From the NCBI GenBank assembly GCA_963713045.1, contig CAVQKE010000003.1, positions 800,001 to 864,000 of the forward strand: 64,000 nucleotides of DNA. Direction: 5' to 3'. The notes beneath the pieces are model-generated. The model saw only the letters and a program-made list of their open reading frames with translations, was not told the DNA's origin and ran no database searches. Position numbers and translations under genes: made by a program. This stretch comes from an uncultured delta proteobacterium. Its GTDB lineage: Bacteria > Myxococcota > Myxococcia > Myxococcales > Myxococcaceae. The first letter of the stretch is position 1. Every line of letters starts with the position of its first letter. Below, piece after piece: positions 21,959-30,440 of the stretch.

Positions 21959-22771
21959 CTAGCGCACCCGCAGCCCACCGTGTGGAAGCGGCGCGGCCGT
22001 CTCCTCAGCGAAGTCCATGAATTGCTCCATCTCCCGAACGGTGTCCTCGGTGGCCTGCACCTCCACCGACAGGGCGTCCAGTTGCCGCGTGATGTGCTCC
22101 GGGTCGCGGATGGCGATGGACTGCTCGTGGGTCAGCCTCAGCAAGTCCTCGATGCTGGCCAGCTGGTGGCTGACCACCGCCCGGCTTTCTTCGGCCTGGG
22201 TGAAGCGCTGCAGGCGCTTGCTGAGGATTTCCACCCGCTTCTGCTTCACCTCGTGCAGTCGGGGGTTGGCCTCGGCTGCCACGTCGGCTTTGAGCTCTGT
22301 CAATTCGGCGTCCAACGCCTGTCGGTCGGCCACGCTCAGGTAACGCCGGTAGCCATTCAACGTGCTGAGCAGCCGCAGAAAGGACGTCAAAAGGGCGTCC
22401 ACCCGGCTCTCACTGGAGGCGGCCAGCACCCGGCCTCCCGGCAGCCGCCGGTAGTTGGCCTCAATTTTCTCCTTGAGGTCGCGGAGTCGGTGGTAGTGCT
22501 CTCGCTGGCTGGGGGCCAACTCGGCGAGGAGGCCTTCCACTTCCGCCGCTCCACCGGCCGGAATTTCCTTGGCCCGCGCCGCCCGTCGGAACCGCGGGTC
22601 GATGCCCACCACCACCAGGTAGAAGGCTTCAAGGCCGCCGGCAACCGCCAGCGGCAGCGTCTGGCCGGTGAGCAGCGTCGCCCCCACGGCGCCCGACAGG
22701 CCGATGAGGTTGGCCGGGGCCAGCAGTGCCGACTTCAGCCAAACGAGGGAGAAAGGGGGCTTGTCACTCAA
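21959..22771 (-). CDS. Hypothetical protein: N-terminal TM hairpin plus long helical/coiled-coil domain
   Basis: Hydrophobic residues ~15-57, then a charged helical region; GTGA overlap with the upstream gene. Confidence 0.75.
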   Translation of the reverse strand: MSDKPPFSLVWLKSALLAPANLIGLSGAVGATLLTGQTLPLAVAGGLEAFYLVVVGIDPRFRRAARAKEIPAGGAAEVEGLLAELAPSQREHYHRLRDLKEKIEANYRRLPGGRVLAASSESRVDALLTSFLRLLSTLNGYRRYLSVADRQALDAELTELKADVAAEANPRLHEVKQKRVEILSKRLQRFTQAEESRAVVSHQLASIEDLLRLTHEQSIAIRDPEHITRQLDALSVEVQATEDTVREMEQFMDFAEETAAPLPHGGLRVR

Positions 22772-23937
22772 GGTCCGCGTGCCTCCAGTCCGCGCAAGGT
22801 CGAGAGGTCCAGCGTCTCTCCCGGTTTCCGCAGTGGCTCCGTCCGGCGTTCCAGCTTGGCAAACAGCTGCAGCGCGCTCTGGTACAGCTCCTCGTACGTG
22901 ACTGGCGCCTCGCCCGCCAGTCCGAAGAAGGCGAGGTTGTCCTTCAGCGTGGCCGGCGCGCTGGTGCGCACCGCCTCGGTGGGGTCTCCCAACTGGGGCG
23001 CCACGTCCCCCAGAAGCCGCGCTCCGGCCGAAGCGTCTTTCAGCTGAGCGGCGTCGGCGTCCAACAGGCCCCGGACCACGCGCCGGACGGCGTCCGGGTA
23101 GCGGGCGGCGAATTCGCCCCGGGCCACCAGGACGCTGGCAATCAGGTGGGGTGCATCCGCGGTGGTGGCCAGGACGGTGCCGCCGCGCTCCCGAGCCGCC
23201 GCCTCGACGTCGGCCGTCATTCCCACCACGGCGTCGGCCCGGCCTTCGCGCAAGGCGCGCCCGGCGTCAAAGGCCGAGGGCAGCTCCACCCAGCGCACGT
23301 CCAGGGGCGTCAGCCCGGCGCGCATCAGCAGCCACAGTGCGAAGTACTGGCTCGCCGACTGGGACGCGGTCGCCAGCCGCTTTCCCCTCAACGACGCCAG
23401 CGCGGGCACCCGCACTGCGGCCAGCGCGTCTTCCCCGCGGCTGCGGCCAAGCAGCATTTCCACCCGCGGCGCCGCATCCCGCAGGGCGTCTGCCCAGGCG
23501 GCCAGTCGGTCCACGGTGACCACCGCCATGTCCACCCCGCCCCGGTCGCCGCCCGCGGCCAGCGCATTGCGCAGCTCCTCCTCGCGCAAAAAGGGAATGG
23601 CACGGGCGTCGAGGGCATAGGCGGACTTCAACAGCCCGGGGCGCGCCTCGGCGCCACCTTCGCCGGTGGCCAACAGCAGCGGCGCGGCGCTTCCCCGCGG
23701 CACGAAGCCGATGAGGGTCGGCCGCAGTGGGATGGTGGCCACTTCATCCCCGGGCGCAGTCACCCCGGCGGGAAAGTCACCGGCGGACAGCGCCGCCCGC
23801 TGGCGCAAGAAGGGAAACACCCGGCCCGGCAGTACGTCCAGCCACCCAGTGGCCGAGGCCACCGCCCAGCCGCCCACCAGCAGCACCAGTGCGAGGAAGA
23901 GATACAGCCCCCCTTTCCGTCGCCAGGACACGGCCAC
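22768..23937 (-). CDS. Membrane-anchored solute-binding protein, NMT1/SsuA/TauA-like fold
   Basis: N-terminal TM; SRGEDAL, SLRGKRLA, ALREGRADAV, VLATTADAPHLIASVLV (class II SBP pattern). Confidence 0.7.
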   Translation of the reverse strand: MAVSWRRKGGLYLFLALVLLVGGWAVASATGWLDVLPGRVFPFLRQRAALSAGDFPAGVTAPGDEVATIPLRPTLIGFVPRGSAAPLLLATGEGGAEARPGLLKSAYALDARAIPFLREEELRNALAAGGDRGGVDMAVVTVDRLAAWADALRDAAPRVEMLLGRSRGEDALAAVRVPALASLRGKRLATASQSASQYFALWLLMRAGLTPLDVRWVELPSAFDAGRALREGRADAVVGMTADVEAAARERGGTVLATTADAPHLIASVLVARGEFAARYPDAVRRVVRGLLDADAAQLKDASAGARLLGDVAPQLGDPTEAVRTSAPATLKDNLAFFGLAGEAPVTYEELYQSALQLFAKLERRTEPLRKPGETLDLSTLRGLEARGP

Positions 23938-23947
23938 GGCGGGGGCG

Positions 23948-24682
23948 CTACTTGACCTCGACTTTCTTGCCGATGGTCTTTTCCGCCGCCTCGCCGCTGT
24001 CGGAGACGGGAGCCGGGCTGGAGATGCCCATCTCCATCTTGAATTGCTTCACCAATTCCATGGCCTGAAGCTTCTCGGCTTCCTCTTCAATCTGCAGAGA
24101 CTGGTGGTCGACTCCCTCCAGTGCCATCTGCATCCGCGCCTCGTTGATGGCCGCCGACTCCTGCACCTTGCGCAGCATCTCGTCGTGGGTGGCGTCGATG
24201 CCGGCCACTTGGAAGGACTCCATGGCATCGGCCACCTTGGCCTGCCACTTGGCCCGACGCGCGTCGCGGATGGCGCCCATCGCCTCCTGCGTCTTCTTGT
24301 CCTTCTCGCGCATGAACATCTTCTTCACGTTCAGCGCCTTGTCGTAGGCGGCCCGGGCGGTGGCCAGCTGCTCCTCGTTTCGCGCCAGCGCCGACTTCTC
24401 CATCTGCAGCCGGGTGGCGTACTGGGCGGCAAGGTCATCCCGGCTGGCTTGGATGGAGGCCTTCACCTTGGCGGTGAGGTCATTGACCTCGGTGCGGTAC
24501 TTGGCATTCTCCTTCTCCAGCAGCGTCACATTGGCCCGCACCATGGCGATGGACTCGTTCATCCGGGGGACCTGGTCGTTGAGGTCGCGGATGTTCTGCT
24601 CCAGGATGAGCTCCGGGTCTTCGATGCTGCTCACAAAGAAGCCGAAGAAGCTGCGCATCGCACGTCTGAAGCGGTTCCACAT
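23948..24682 (-). CDS. pspA: PspA/IM30 (Vipp1) family protein, ESCRT-III superfamily
   Basis: Amphipathic N-terminal helix MWNRFRRAMRSFFGFFV, then IEDPELILEQNIRDL, long coiled coil, DDLA, KV...AA..EAR; start re-called at ATG 24682. Confidence 0.88.
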   Translation of the reverse strand: MWNRFRRAMRSFFGFFVSSIEDPELILEQNIRDLNDQVPRMNESIAMVRANVTLLEKENAKYRTEVNDLTAKVKASIQASRDDLAAQYATRLQMEKSALARNEEQLATARAAYDKALNVKKMFMREKDKKTQEAMGAIRDARRAKWQAKVADAMESFQVAGIDATHDEMLRKVQESAAINEARMQMALEGVDHQSLQIEEEAEKLQAMELVKQFKMEMGISSPAPVSDSGEAAEKTIGKKVEVK

Positions 24683-24803
24683 GGGGTTTATGTCCTCGCC
24701 AGTCTGACGCCTGCCGGATTTAGCACTTTTTCGGCCGGTGCCACTGCCACGCTGTCGTAAACACGACGTCCAGCGGGGGCCACCATTGCCCCACCGCCCC
24801 CCT

Positions 24804-25220
24804 TCAACGCCTTGGAAGCCAGGCGGCTCCAAAGGCCTCCGGTAACAGGCTCCCCAGGGTGTGGGTCGTCTGGACACCGGCCATCGTCCGACTTTGGACC
24901 GGCAGCTGCGCGTCGGCGAATTCCGCCAGCACCTGCCGGCACGCGCCGCAGGGGGGCACCGGCTGCGGGCTGTCGGCCAGCACCAGCAGCGCCCGCGGGC
25001 GGCCATGCCCAGCGACGACGCCGGCTGCCACCGCGTGGCGCTCCGCGCAGACGGTCAGGCCGGAGGAGGCATTCTCCACGTTGGCGCCAGAGGTCACGGT
25101 GCCGTCCTCGAAGAGGGCGGCGGCGCCGACGGCAAAGCCCGAGTAGGGCGCATAGGCGCCCGCCCGGGCCGCCTCCGCGGCACGGGCCAGGACTTCCCAG
25201 TCAACGGGCGCGGCGGCCAT
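24804..25220 (-). CDS. cdd: Cytidine deaminase (homotetrameric type)
   Basis: AYAPYSGFAVGAA, GANVENAS, TVCAER, PPCGACRQ, LLPEAF. Confidence 0.92.
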   Translation of the reverse strand: MAAAPVDWEVLARAAEAARAGAYAPYSGFAVGAAALFEDGTVTSGANVENASSGLTVCAERHAVAAGVVAGHGRPRALLVLADSPQPVPPCGACRQVLAEFADAQLPVQSRTMAGVQTTHTLGSLLPEAFGAAWLPRR

Positions 25221-25300
25221 GGTGCCTGCCGTCAGCAGGCCAGCCTTTGCGCTTGGCCGCAAGCACGCCCAGGGCGGGTTGCTAAAGTGCGCGGCTTCCC

Positions 25301-26449
25301 GTGACTCCCCCTTCGGTGCCCGGCAGGCTTCCTGGGGCGGCGCTCTGCACCGCAGTGCTGCTGCTGGCGCTGCCCAACGCCCTGGCGCTCCGCACCAACG
25401 ACTTTCAAGTCTTCCACACCGCCGCCACCCGCGCCCTCCATGGCGAGCCCCTCTACCGGGCTGAGGACGGACGCTTTCCCTTCAAATACGCCCCGGTGGT
25501 GGCCCTCCTTTTGGCACCCATCGGGGCCCTGCCCCTTCGGCCGGCGAAGGCGGTTTGGGTGCTGGCCTCGGCACTGGCCGTCTTCGCCTTCCTCCGCGAG
25601 TCGGCCCGCCTCGCCGCGCCCCCGCCCACGGCGGGGCTCCACCCGCTGGCGCTGCTGCTGTTGTCTCCCTACGTGTGGCACCTCTTCTCCTTGGGACAAG
25701 TGGACGGCTTTCTTCTGGCGGCCATTGCCGTCAGCGAGCGGTGGGCGGCTCGCCGGCCGGTGGCCTCCGGGCTGCTGTGGGCGCTGGCCGTCCTCACCAA
25801 GCCGCCCTATCTCGTCTTTCTGGTGGTGGCCGTCGTCGGCCAGCAATGGCGGCGCCTCCTCGCGTTGGCCGGCTGGCTGTGTGCCCTCACCGTGCTTGCC
25901 CTGCCGGTGTGGGGGGTGGGGGCGCTTCGGGACTGGTGGGCCGTCCTCGGCGAAAGCACGCCGGACCTGCTGTGCGCGCCGCAAAACCAGTCCTTGTGGG
26001 CGATGGGCTGCCGCTACGGGCCGCCCGGGCCGGTCGGCATCCTGGCCGCTGGCCTGGTGGGGACCCTGGCGCTGGCTGCCTTGGGGCTGCGGGCGGCGCA
26101 CAGCGCGCCGGCCGACGCGCAAGCCACCGGCACGTCGACGGCGCTGGCGGCCACCGCCCTTGTCACGCCGCTCGGCTGGTGGACAAATTTCATCGCCCTG
26201 GGGCCGCTGGTGTACGGCCTCCTCGGCACCGCGCGCCAGGGGACGTCCCGGCTGCGGCTGCCGGCGCTGGTGGTGTGCCTGGCCCTGGCAGGGGTGGCCG
26301 TGCTGAGCGCGGACCTCATCTCCCGGGACGCCTTCGGGTGGTGGTTGCGCCAGAAGCACTATGGGGTGGCTGGGCTGGCCTGCGCGCTGGTGGGGCTGTG
26401 GGCCCGAGGAGGCCGCTACTCCCAGCCGATGACGACTTCATCAATGTAG
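25301..26449 (+). CDS. GT-C integral-membrane glycosyltransferase (GT87/DUF2029-like)
   Basis: NDFQVF..A...L.GEPLY, FKYAP, GQVD, TKP, NQSL; many TM segments. Confidence 0.75.
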   Translation: MTPPSVPGRLPGAALCTAVLLLALPNALALRTNDFQVFHTAATRALHGEPLYRAEDGRFPFKYAPVVALLLAPIGALPLRPAKAVWVLASALAVFAFLRESARLAAPPPTAGLHPLALLLLSPYVWHLFSLGQVDGFLLAAIAVSERWAARRPVASGLLWALAVLTKPPYLVFLVVAVVGQQWRRLLALAGWLCALTVLALPVWGVGALRDWWAVLGESTPDLLCAPQNQSLWAMGCRYGPPGPVGILAAGLVGTLALAALGLRAAHSAPADAQATGTSTALAATALVTPLGWWTNFIALGPLVYGLLGTARQGTSRLRLPALVVCLALAGVAVLSADLISRDAFGWWLRQKHYGVAGLACALVGLWARGGRYSQPMTTSSM

Positions 26450-26790
26450 CGCGCGATGGCCAGCTCGCCTTCGGTGCTCAGCTCCACGAAGCGGACGTGA
26501 AAGCCGAGCGAGCCTTGCCGCTCGCGACTGCCGATAATTTCGCCGCGGGCCTCAATCTCTCTATCCAGCCCGGGAAGCGCGACACGCACTTCGACGTCGC
26601 GACAGGGCACCGGGTGGCCAGCAGCCCAAAACACCCCTCCGGTGCTCAAGTCGCCGGTGGTTTGCTCGAAACTTTCCGCCTCGCGCGCACACCGGACCCG
26701 GAAGCTGAAAGGGATGCGTGGGGAATCGCGACGGTCGTGGACGCCTGGGGCAGCTACAGACATGGATGTCGACCTCGCTGTCGCCATCAT
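26416..26790 (-). CDS. PilZ domain protein
   Basis: RRDSPR (RxxxR) and DLSTGG (D/NxSxxG) c-di-GMP motifs; start 26790 or 26763. Confidence 0.8.
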   Translation of the reverse strand: MMATARSTSMSVAAPGVHDRRDSPRIPFSFRVRCAREAESFEQTTGDLSTGGVFWAAGHPVPCRDVEVRVALPGLDREIEARGEIIGSRERQGSLGFHVRFVELSTEGELAIARYIDEVVIGWE

Positions 26791-26800
26791 TGTTTCAATT

Positions 26801-27631
26801 CTACATACTTGCTGCACTGGGAAGAAAGCCCGACAGAAGACGGCCCAGGGTCGCTGCCGCCCCACCTGCGGCTGCTTGGACATCCGCATGCGACAGAGGG
26901 CCATCAGCCAGGCCGGCGGCGGCGTTGGCAATGCAGCTGAGGGCGACGACAGGCACGCCCTGGTGAACGGCGGCGATGACTTCCGGGACGGTACTCATCC
27001 CGACGCAGTCCGCGCCCAGCTGACGCAATAGCCGCACTTCGGCCGGCGTTTCGTAGGACGGTCCTGCCACCATGGCGTACACGCCTTCGGCCAGCGGAAT
27101 GCCCAAGTCGGCGGCGGTGGCCTTCAGTGCTGCGCGCAGCCGCGGAGAGTAGGCGCTGCTCAAGTCCGGAAAGCGCGGCCCCACTGCCTCGTCGTTGGGG
27201 CCGGTGAGGGGGTTACTGCCCGACAGGTTGAGATGGTCCGTCACGAGGAGGATGTCCCCCGGGCGCAGCCCAGCGCGCACGCCCCCCGAGGCGTTGGTGA
27301 GGATGAGTGCGCGGATGCCGAGCCAACACAACAGCCGCACCGGGAAGGCCGCCTCGGAGGCGGTCCACCCTTCATAGGGGTGCAGTCGCCCCTGGAGGAC
27401 GGCCACCGGCACGCCGGCCAGGGTGCCCAAGACAAGCCGCCCAGGGTGGCCCTGCACGGAGGGGCGTCCAACGTGGGGGATGTCGGCAAAGGGGATGGCC
27501 ACTGCCCCCAGGCAGCCGTCCGCGGCGGCGCCGAGTCCGCTGCCAAGCACCACGCCCACCTTGGGCCAGAAGCTGGGGGCACGGGCCCGGACGGCCGCCG
27601 CGGCGGCGTCCAGCTGCTGGTGCAATGTCAA
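26801..27631 (-). CDS. punA: Purine nucleoside phosphorylase (trimeric PNP family)
   Basis: GVVLGSGLG, GHPGRL, LQGRLHPYEG, LTNASGG, GPRFPD, GPSYETPAE, GMSTVPE; TTG start overlaps the deoA stop. Confidence 0.93.
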   Translation of the reverse strand: MTLHQQLDAAAAAVRARAPSFWPKVGVVLGSGLGAAADGCLGAVAIPFADIPHVGRPSVQGHPGRLVLGTLAGVPVAVLQGRLHPYEGWTASEAAFPVRLLCWLGIRALILTNASGGVRAGLRPGDILLVTDHLNLSGSNPLTGPNDEAVGPRFPDLSSAYSPRLRAALKATAADLGIPLAEGVYAMVAGPSYETPAEVRLLRQLGADCVGMSTVPEVIAAVHQGVPVVALSCIANAAAGLADGPLSHADVQAAAGGAAATLGRLLSGFLPSAASM

Positions 27632-28938
27632 GGCTGGGCCTCCAGGCGCTCCAGCAGCAGGGGGACAGCGGGCGGCACAGTCTCCGCCAGCGCGTAGGCC
27701 GCCGCCACCCGGGCCAGCACTTCGGCCAGCGCCGGGCAGCGCGCCGGGTGGTGCACGCGCAGAAGCGGTTCCCCACGGCGCACCCTGTCTCCTCGGGTGC
27801 GCAGCACGGTGAAGCCCACCGCAGCGTCCACGGTGTCCTCGGCCCGCAGCCGTCCGGCGCCAAGCAGGACCGCCGCCCGTCCGAGGGCGAGGGTGTCCAG
27901 GTGCGCCACCACGCCGTCGGCGGGCGCAACCACCTCGGTGTGGCACTGGGCGGTGGGAAGGCCTCCCTCCAGGGCCTCTGGGCGCCCGCCCTGCCGCTTC
28001 ACCACCTGGCGCAGTTTCTCGAGGCCCCGACCGTCGCGGAGCGCGGCGAGCAGCAGCCGCCGGGCTGGCTCGGGCCCCGGGCTGATGCCGCCCAGGCACA
28101 GCATTTCGGCACCCAGCACCAGCGTCAGCTCTCGGACGTCCTCCGGGCCGCGCCCCGACAGCACCTCCACTGCCTCCGCCACTTCCAGGGCGTTGCCCAC
28201 CGCCCGGCCGAGGGGCCGGTCCATGTCCGTCAGCCAGGCGACCGCCGGACAGCCGAGGGCGGCGGACAGCCCCACCAGGGTGCGCGCCAATTCCCGCGCC
28301 CCGGCGTGCACCGTCATGAAGGCACCACTCCCCACCTTGACGTCGAGCACCAGGCCGTCGAGGTCCTCCGCCAGCTTCTTGCTGAGGATGCTGGAGGCAA
28401 TGAGAGGGATGGAGTCGATGGTGGCGGTGACGTCGCGCAGCGCGTAGAGGCGGCGGTCGACGGGGGCCAGCGTTTGCGTCTGGCCGGCGAAGCACAGCCC
28501 CAACTCCCCCACCGCCGCTTCCACCTCGGCCACCGACAAGTCGCTGCGAAAGCCTGGAATGGAGGCCAGCTTGTCCAGGGTCCCGCCGGTGTGGCCCAGG
28601 CCGCGCCCGGACAGCATGGGAACGCACACGCCGCAGGCCGCCACCAGCGGCGCCAGGACCAGCGACACCTTGTCCCCGACGCCACCCGTGCTGTGCTTGT
28701 CCACCTTCTTCGCGCTGATTCGGGACAAGTCCAACGAGGCGCCTGAATCCCGCATCGCCTCCGTCCAGGCCCGCAGCTCCTCCGGGCCCAGGCCGCGGAA
28801 GAAGATGGCCATGCACAACGCGGCCATTTGGTAGTCCGCCACCCGGCCCTGGGCGTAGTCAGCCAGAAGCGTGCGGATGGCGGCCGGCGGAAGCTCGCCT
28901 CCGTCCCGCTTGGTTTGGATGAGTTCGGCCGGCGTCAA
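27628..28938 (-). CDS. deoA: Thymidine / pyrimidine-nucleoside phosphorylase
   Basis: KRDG, DYQMAA, DKHSTGGVGDK, SGRGLGHTGGTLDKL, SILSKK, DVKVGSGAFM; start re-called at TTG 28938. Confidence 0.93.
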   Translation of the reverse strand: MTPAELIQTKRDGGELPPAAIRTLLADYAQGRVADYQMAALCMAIFFRGLGPEELRAWTEAMRDSGASLDLSRISAKKVDKHSTGGVGDKVSLVLAPLVAACGVCVPMLSGRGLGHTGGTLDKLASIPGFRSDLSVAEVEAAVGELGLCFAGQTQTLAPVDRRLYALRDVTATIDSIPLIASSILSKKLAEDLDGLVLDVKVGSGAFMTVHAGARELARTLVGLSAALGCPAVAWLTDMDRPLGRAVGNALEVAEAVEVLSGRGPEDVRELTLVLGAEMLCLGGISPGPEPARRLLLAALRDGRGLEKLRQVVKRQGGRPEALEGGLPTAQCHTEVVAPADGVVAHLDTLALGRAAVLLGAGRLRAEDTVDAAVGFTVLRTRGDRVRRGEPLLRVHHPARCPALAEVLARVAAAYALAETVPPAVPLLLERLEAQP

Positions 28939-28983
28939 AGGACACCAAGTCCAGGGGCGACGTCCCCTCCCGAGGGCGGCCCT

Positions 28984-29017
28984 GAAAGTCGCCACCCCCT
29001 ATGACGGGGGTGGCGGC
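28984..29017 (-). terminator. Probable intrinsic terminator/stabilising hairpin after the beta-barrel gene
   Basis: Minus strand GCCGCCACCCCC-GTCATA-GGGGGTGGCGAC followed by TTT, 22 nt after the stop at 29040. Confidence 0.5.
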
Positions 29018-29039
29018 GCGCCAAAAATGCAGTGAGGCG

Positions 29040-29714
29040 CTACTTCAGCTTGTAGGCCACACCCACCAGGCCATTCAACGCGAACGATGTGCTGCAGCCG
29101 CCACAGGTGGCGATGCTCGGGCCCATCGCCAGCTTGAAGGTGAGGAGCAAGTCGGGCTGCAGCGCATATTCCACGCCGCCACCGAACATCAGCGGGATGT
29201 AGAAGATGCTCGGGGAGAAAATCATCCAGAAGGGGATTTCGAAGGAGGCGTTGACGACGATTTTGTCCGCCACCGGGAACCCCATTTGCGCGCCGATGGG
29301 GAAGGTGATGCCGGCGGTGGTGCCACCGGAGGGGAAGTAGATGAGGAACCCCGGATCGAAGGTGAGGGCACCCTTGAATCCGGCGATTTCAAACAGCTGC
29401 TTCCGAAGGAGGAGCTGCGCGCCCAGCCCAACCCCAAAATTTCCCTGGGTCGAGCCATCCCAGCCACCCCAGTCGAGGCTGAAACGACCGCCGATGTCAG
29501 TTGTCGAGTCCAAGCCGTGGATGAAGTCGAGCCACAGGCCCGGCCAGCCCACCTGCCCGCGGATGACGTTGGCCCCGTCGCCGACGGTTTGCCCAGAGTC
29601 CACCGTATATGGAGTCGCGGGCGTCGAAGATGCCGGCTGGGTCTGCGCGCCGGCCACCCCGGCTGCCAGTGCCACGCCAAGGACCACTCCACGAACCACC
29701 GTCTGTCTACGCAT
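29040..29714 (-). CDS. Predicted outer-membrane beta-barrel protein (paralog A)
   Basis: Signal peptide ending AGA-Q; alternating amphipathic strands with aromatic residues; C-terminus GVAYKLK. Confidence 0.7.
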   Translation of the reverse strand: MRRQTVVRGVVLGVALAAGVAGAQTQPASSTPATPYTVDSGQTVGDGANVIRGQVGWPGLWLDFIHGLDSTTDIGGRFSLDWGGWDGSTQGNFGVGLGAQLLLRKQLFEIAGFKGALTFDPGFLIYFPSGGTTAGITFPIGAQMGFPVADKIVVNASFEIPFWMIFSPSIFYIPLMFGGGVEYALQPDLLLTFKLAMGPSIATCGGCSTSFALNGLVGVAYKLK

Positions 29715-29749
29715 TTTCCCTCCCCTTTTTGTCGAGCGCGAAGCCCGCG

Positions 29750-30418
29750 CTAGAACCTGTACGCTGCGCCAAACAACGCGTCCAGCGCGAACTGTGCTGA
29801 GGACCCACTGACGGTGTTGAGGGCCGGTCCAAGTTTGAGCTGAAACGTCAGCGCCAATTCCTTTGTGGGGTGGAACTCAACCCCGCCCCCGAAGAGAATT
29901 TGGATGCTGAAGTAGCCGGGGATGGGGTCGGACGCAAACGCCACCGCCATCGGCAGGTCGAAGGTGGCATTCACGATGACCTCCCGACTGACCGGAAAGC
30001 CGAACTGGAGTCCCACTGGAAAGCCGAGGCTGACCTGGGTCAGCCCGTCGACGAAAAATAAACCGATGCCAGGGTTGAAGGTCCCGGCAATCCAGATTTT
30101 TCCGTTGTCGAAGAAGTTCCGCCGAAGGGCAAGCGCGAAGCTGATGCTGTCGCCGGAGCAGCAGTTGCTGACGATGCCGCCGTCGCCGTAGCCAAAGGCG
30201 AAGATGGCACCAATGTCGGTTTGGTGGTCGAGGCCATAGGCAAACTCCACCCCGATGAAGGGAAAGCCTGCCTCTCCCCAGAGGACAGCGTTGCCGCTGC
30301 CGATGGTCTTTCCGGAGTCCACGCTCCAAGGCACGTCCGACGGAGCCGCTGTGGCTGGTGTCGACGCAGCGAGTAGCAGGAGCACTGCTGTCGAAAACAT
30401 TCCCCTTGGGTTTCCCAT
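29750..30418 (-). CDS. Predicted outer-membrane beta-barrel protein (paralog B)
   Basis: Signal peptide; colinear with paralog A (VDSG.T.G.G, GFPV, VNA.F..P, FGGGVE, TF.L..GP); C-terminal AYRF BAM-type signal; start 30418 or 30400. Confidence 0.7.
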   Translation of the reverse strand: MGNPRGMFSTAVLLLLAASTPATAAPSDVPWSVDSGKTIGSGNAVLWGEAGFPFIGVEFAYGLDHQTDIGAIFAFGYGDGGIVSNCCSGDSISFALALRRNFFDNGKIWIAGTFNPGIGLFFVDGLTQVSLGFPVGLQFGFPVSREVIVNATFDLPMAVAFASDPIPGYFSIQILFGGGVEFHPTKELALTFQLKLGPALNTVSGSSAQFALDALFGAAYRF

Positions 30419-30440
30419 CCAGGTCCCTCCCCGAACGACG

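Noticed and set aside
26801..28816. 671-aa ORF suggesting a long N-terminal fusion on PNP
   Set aside because: The upstream part is an off-frame read-through of deoA; PNP homology begins at TTG 27631
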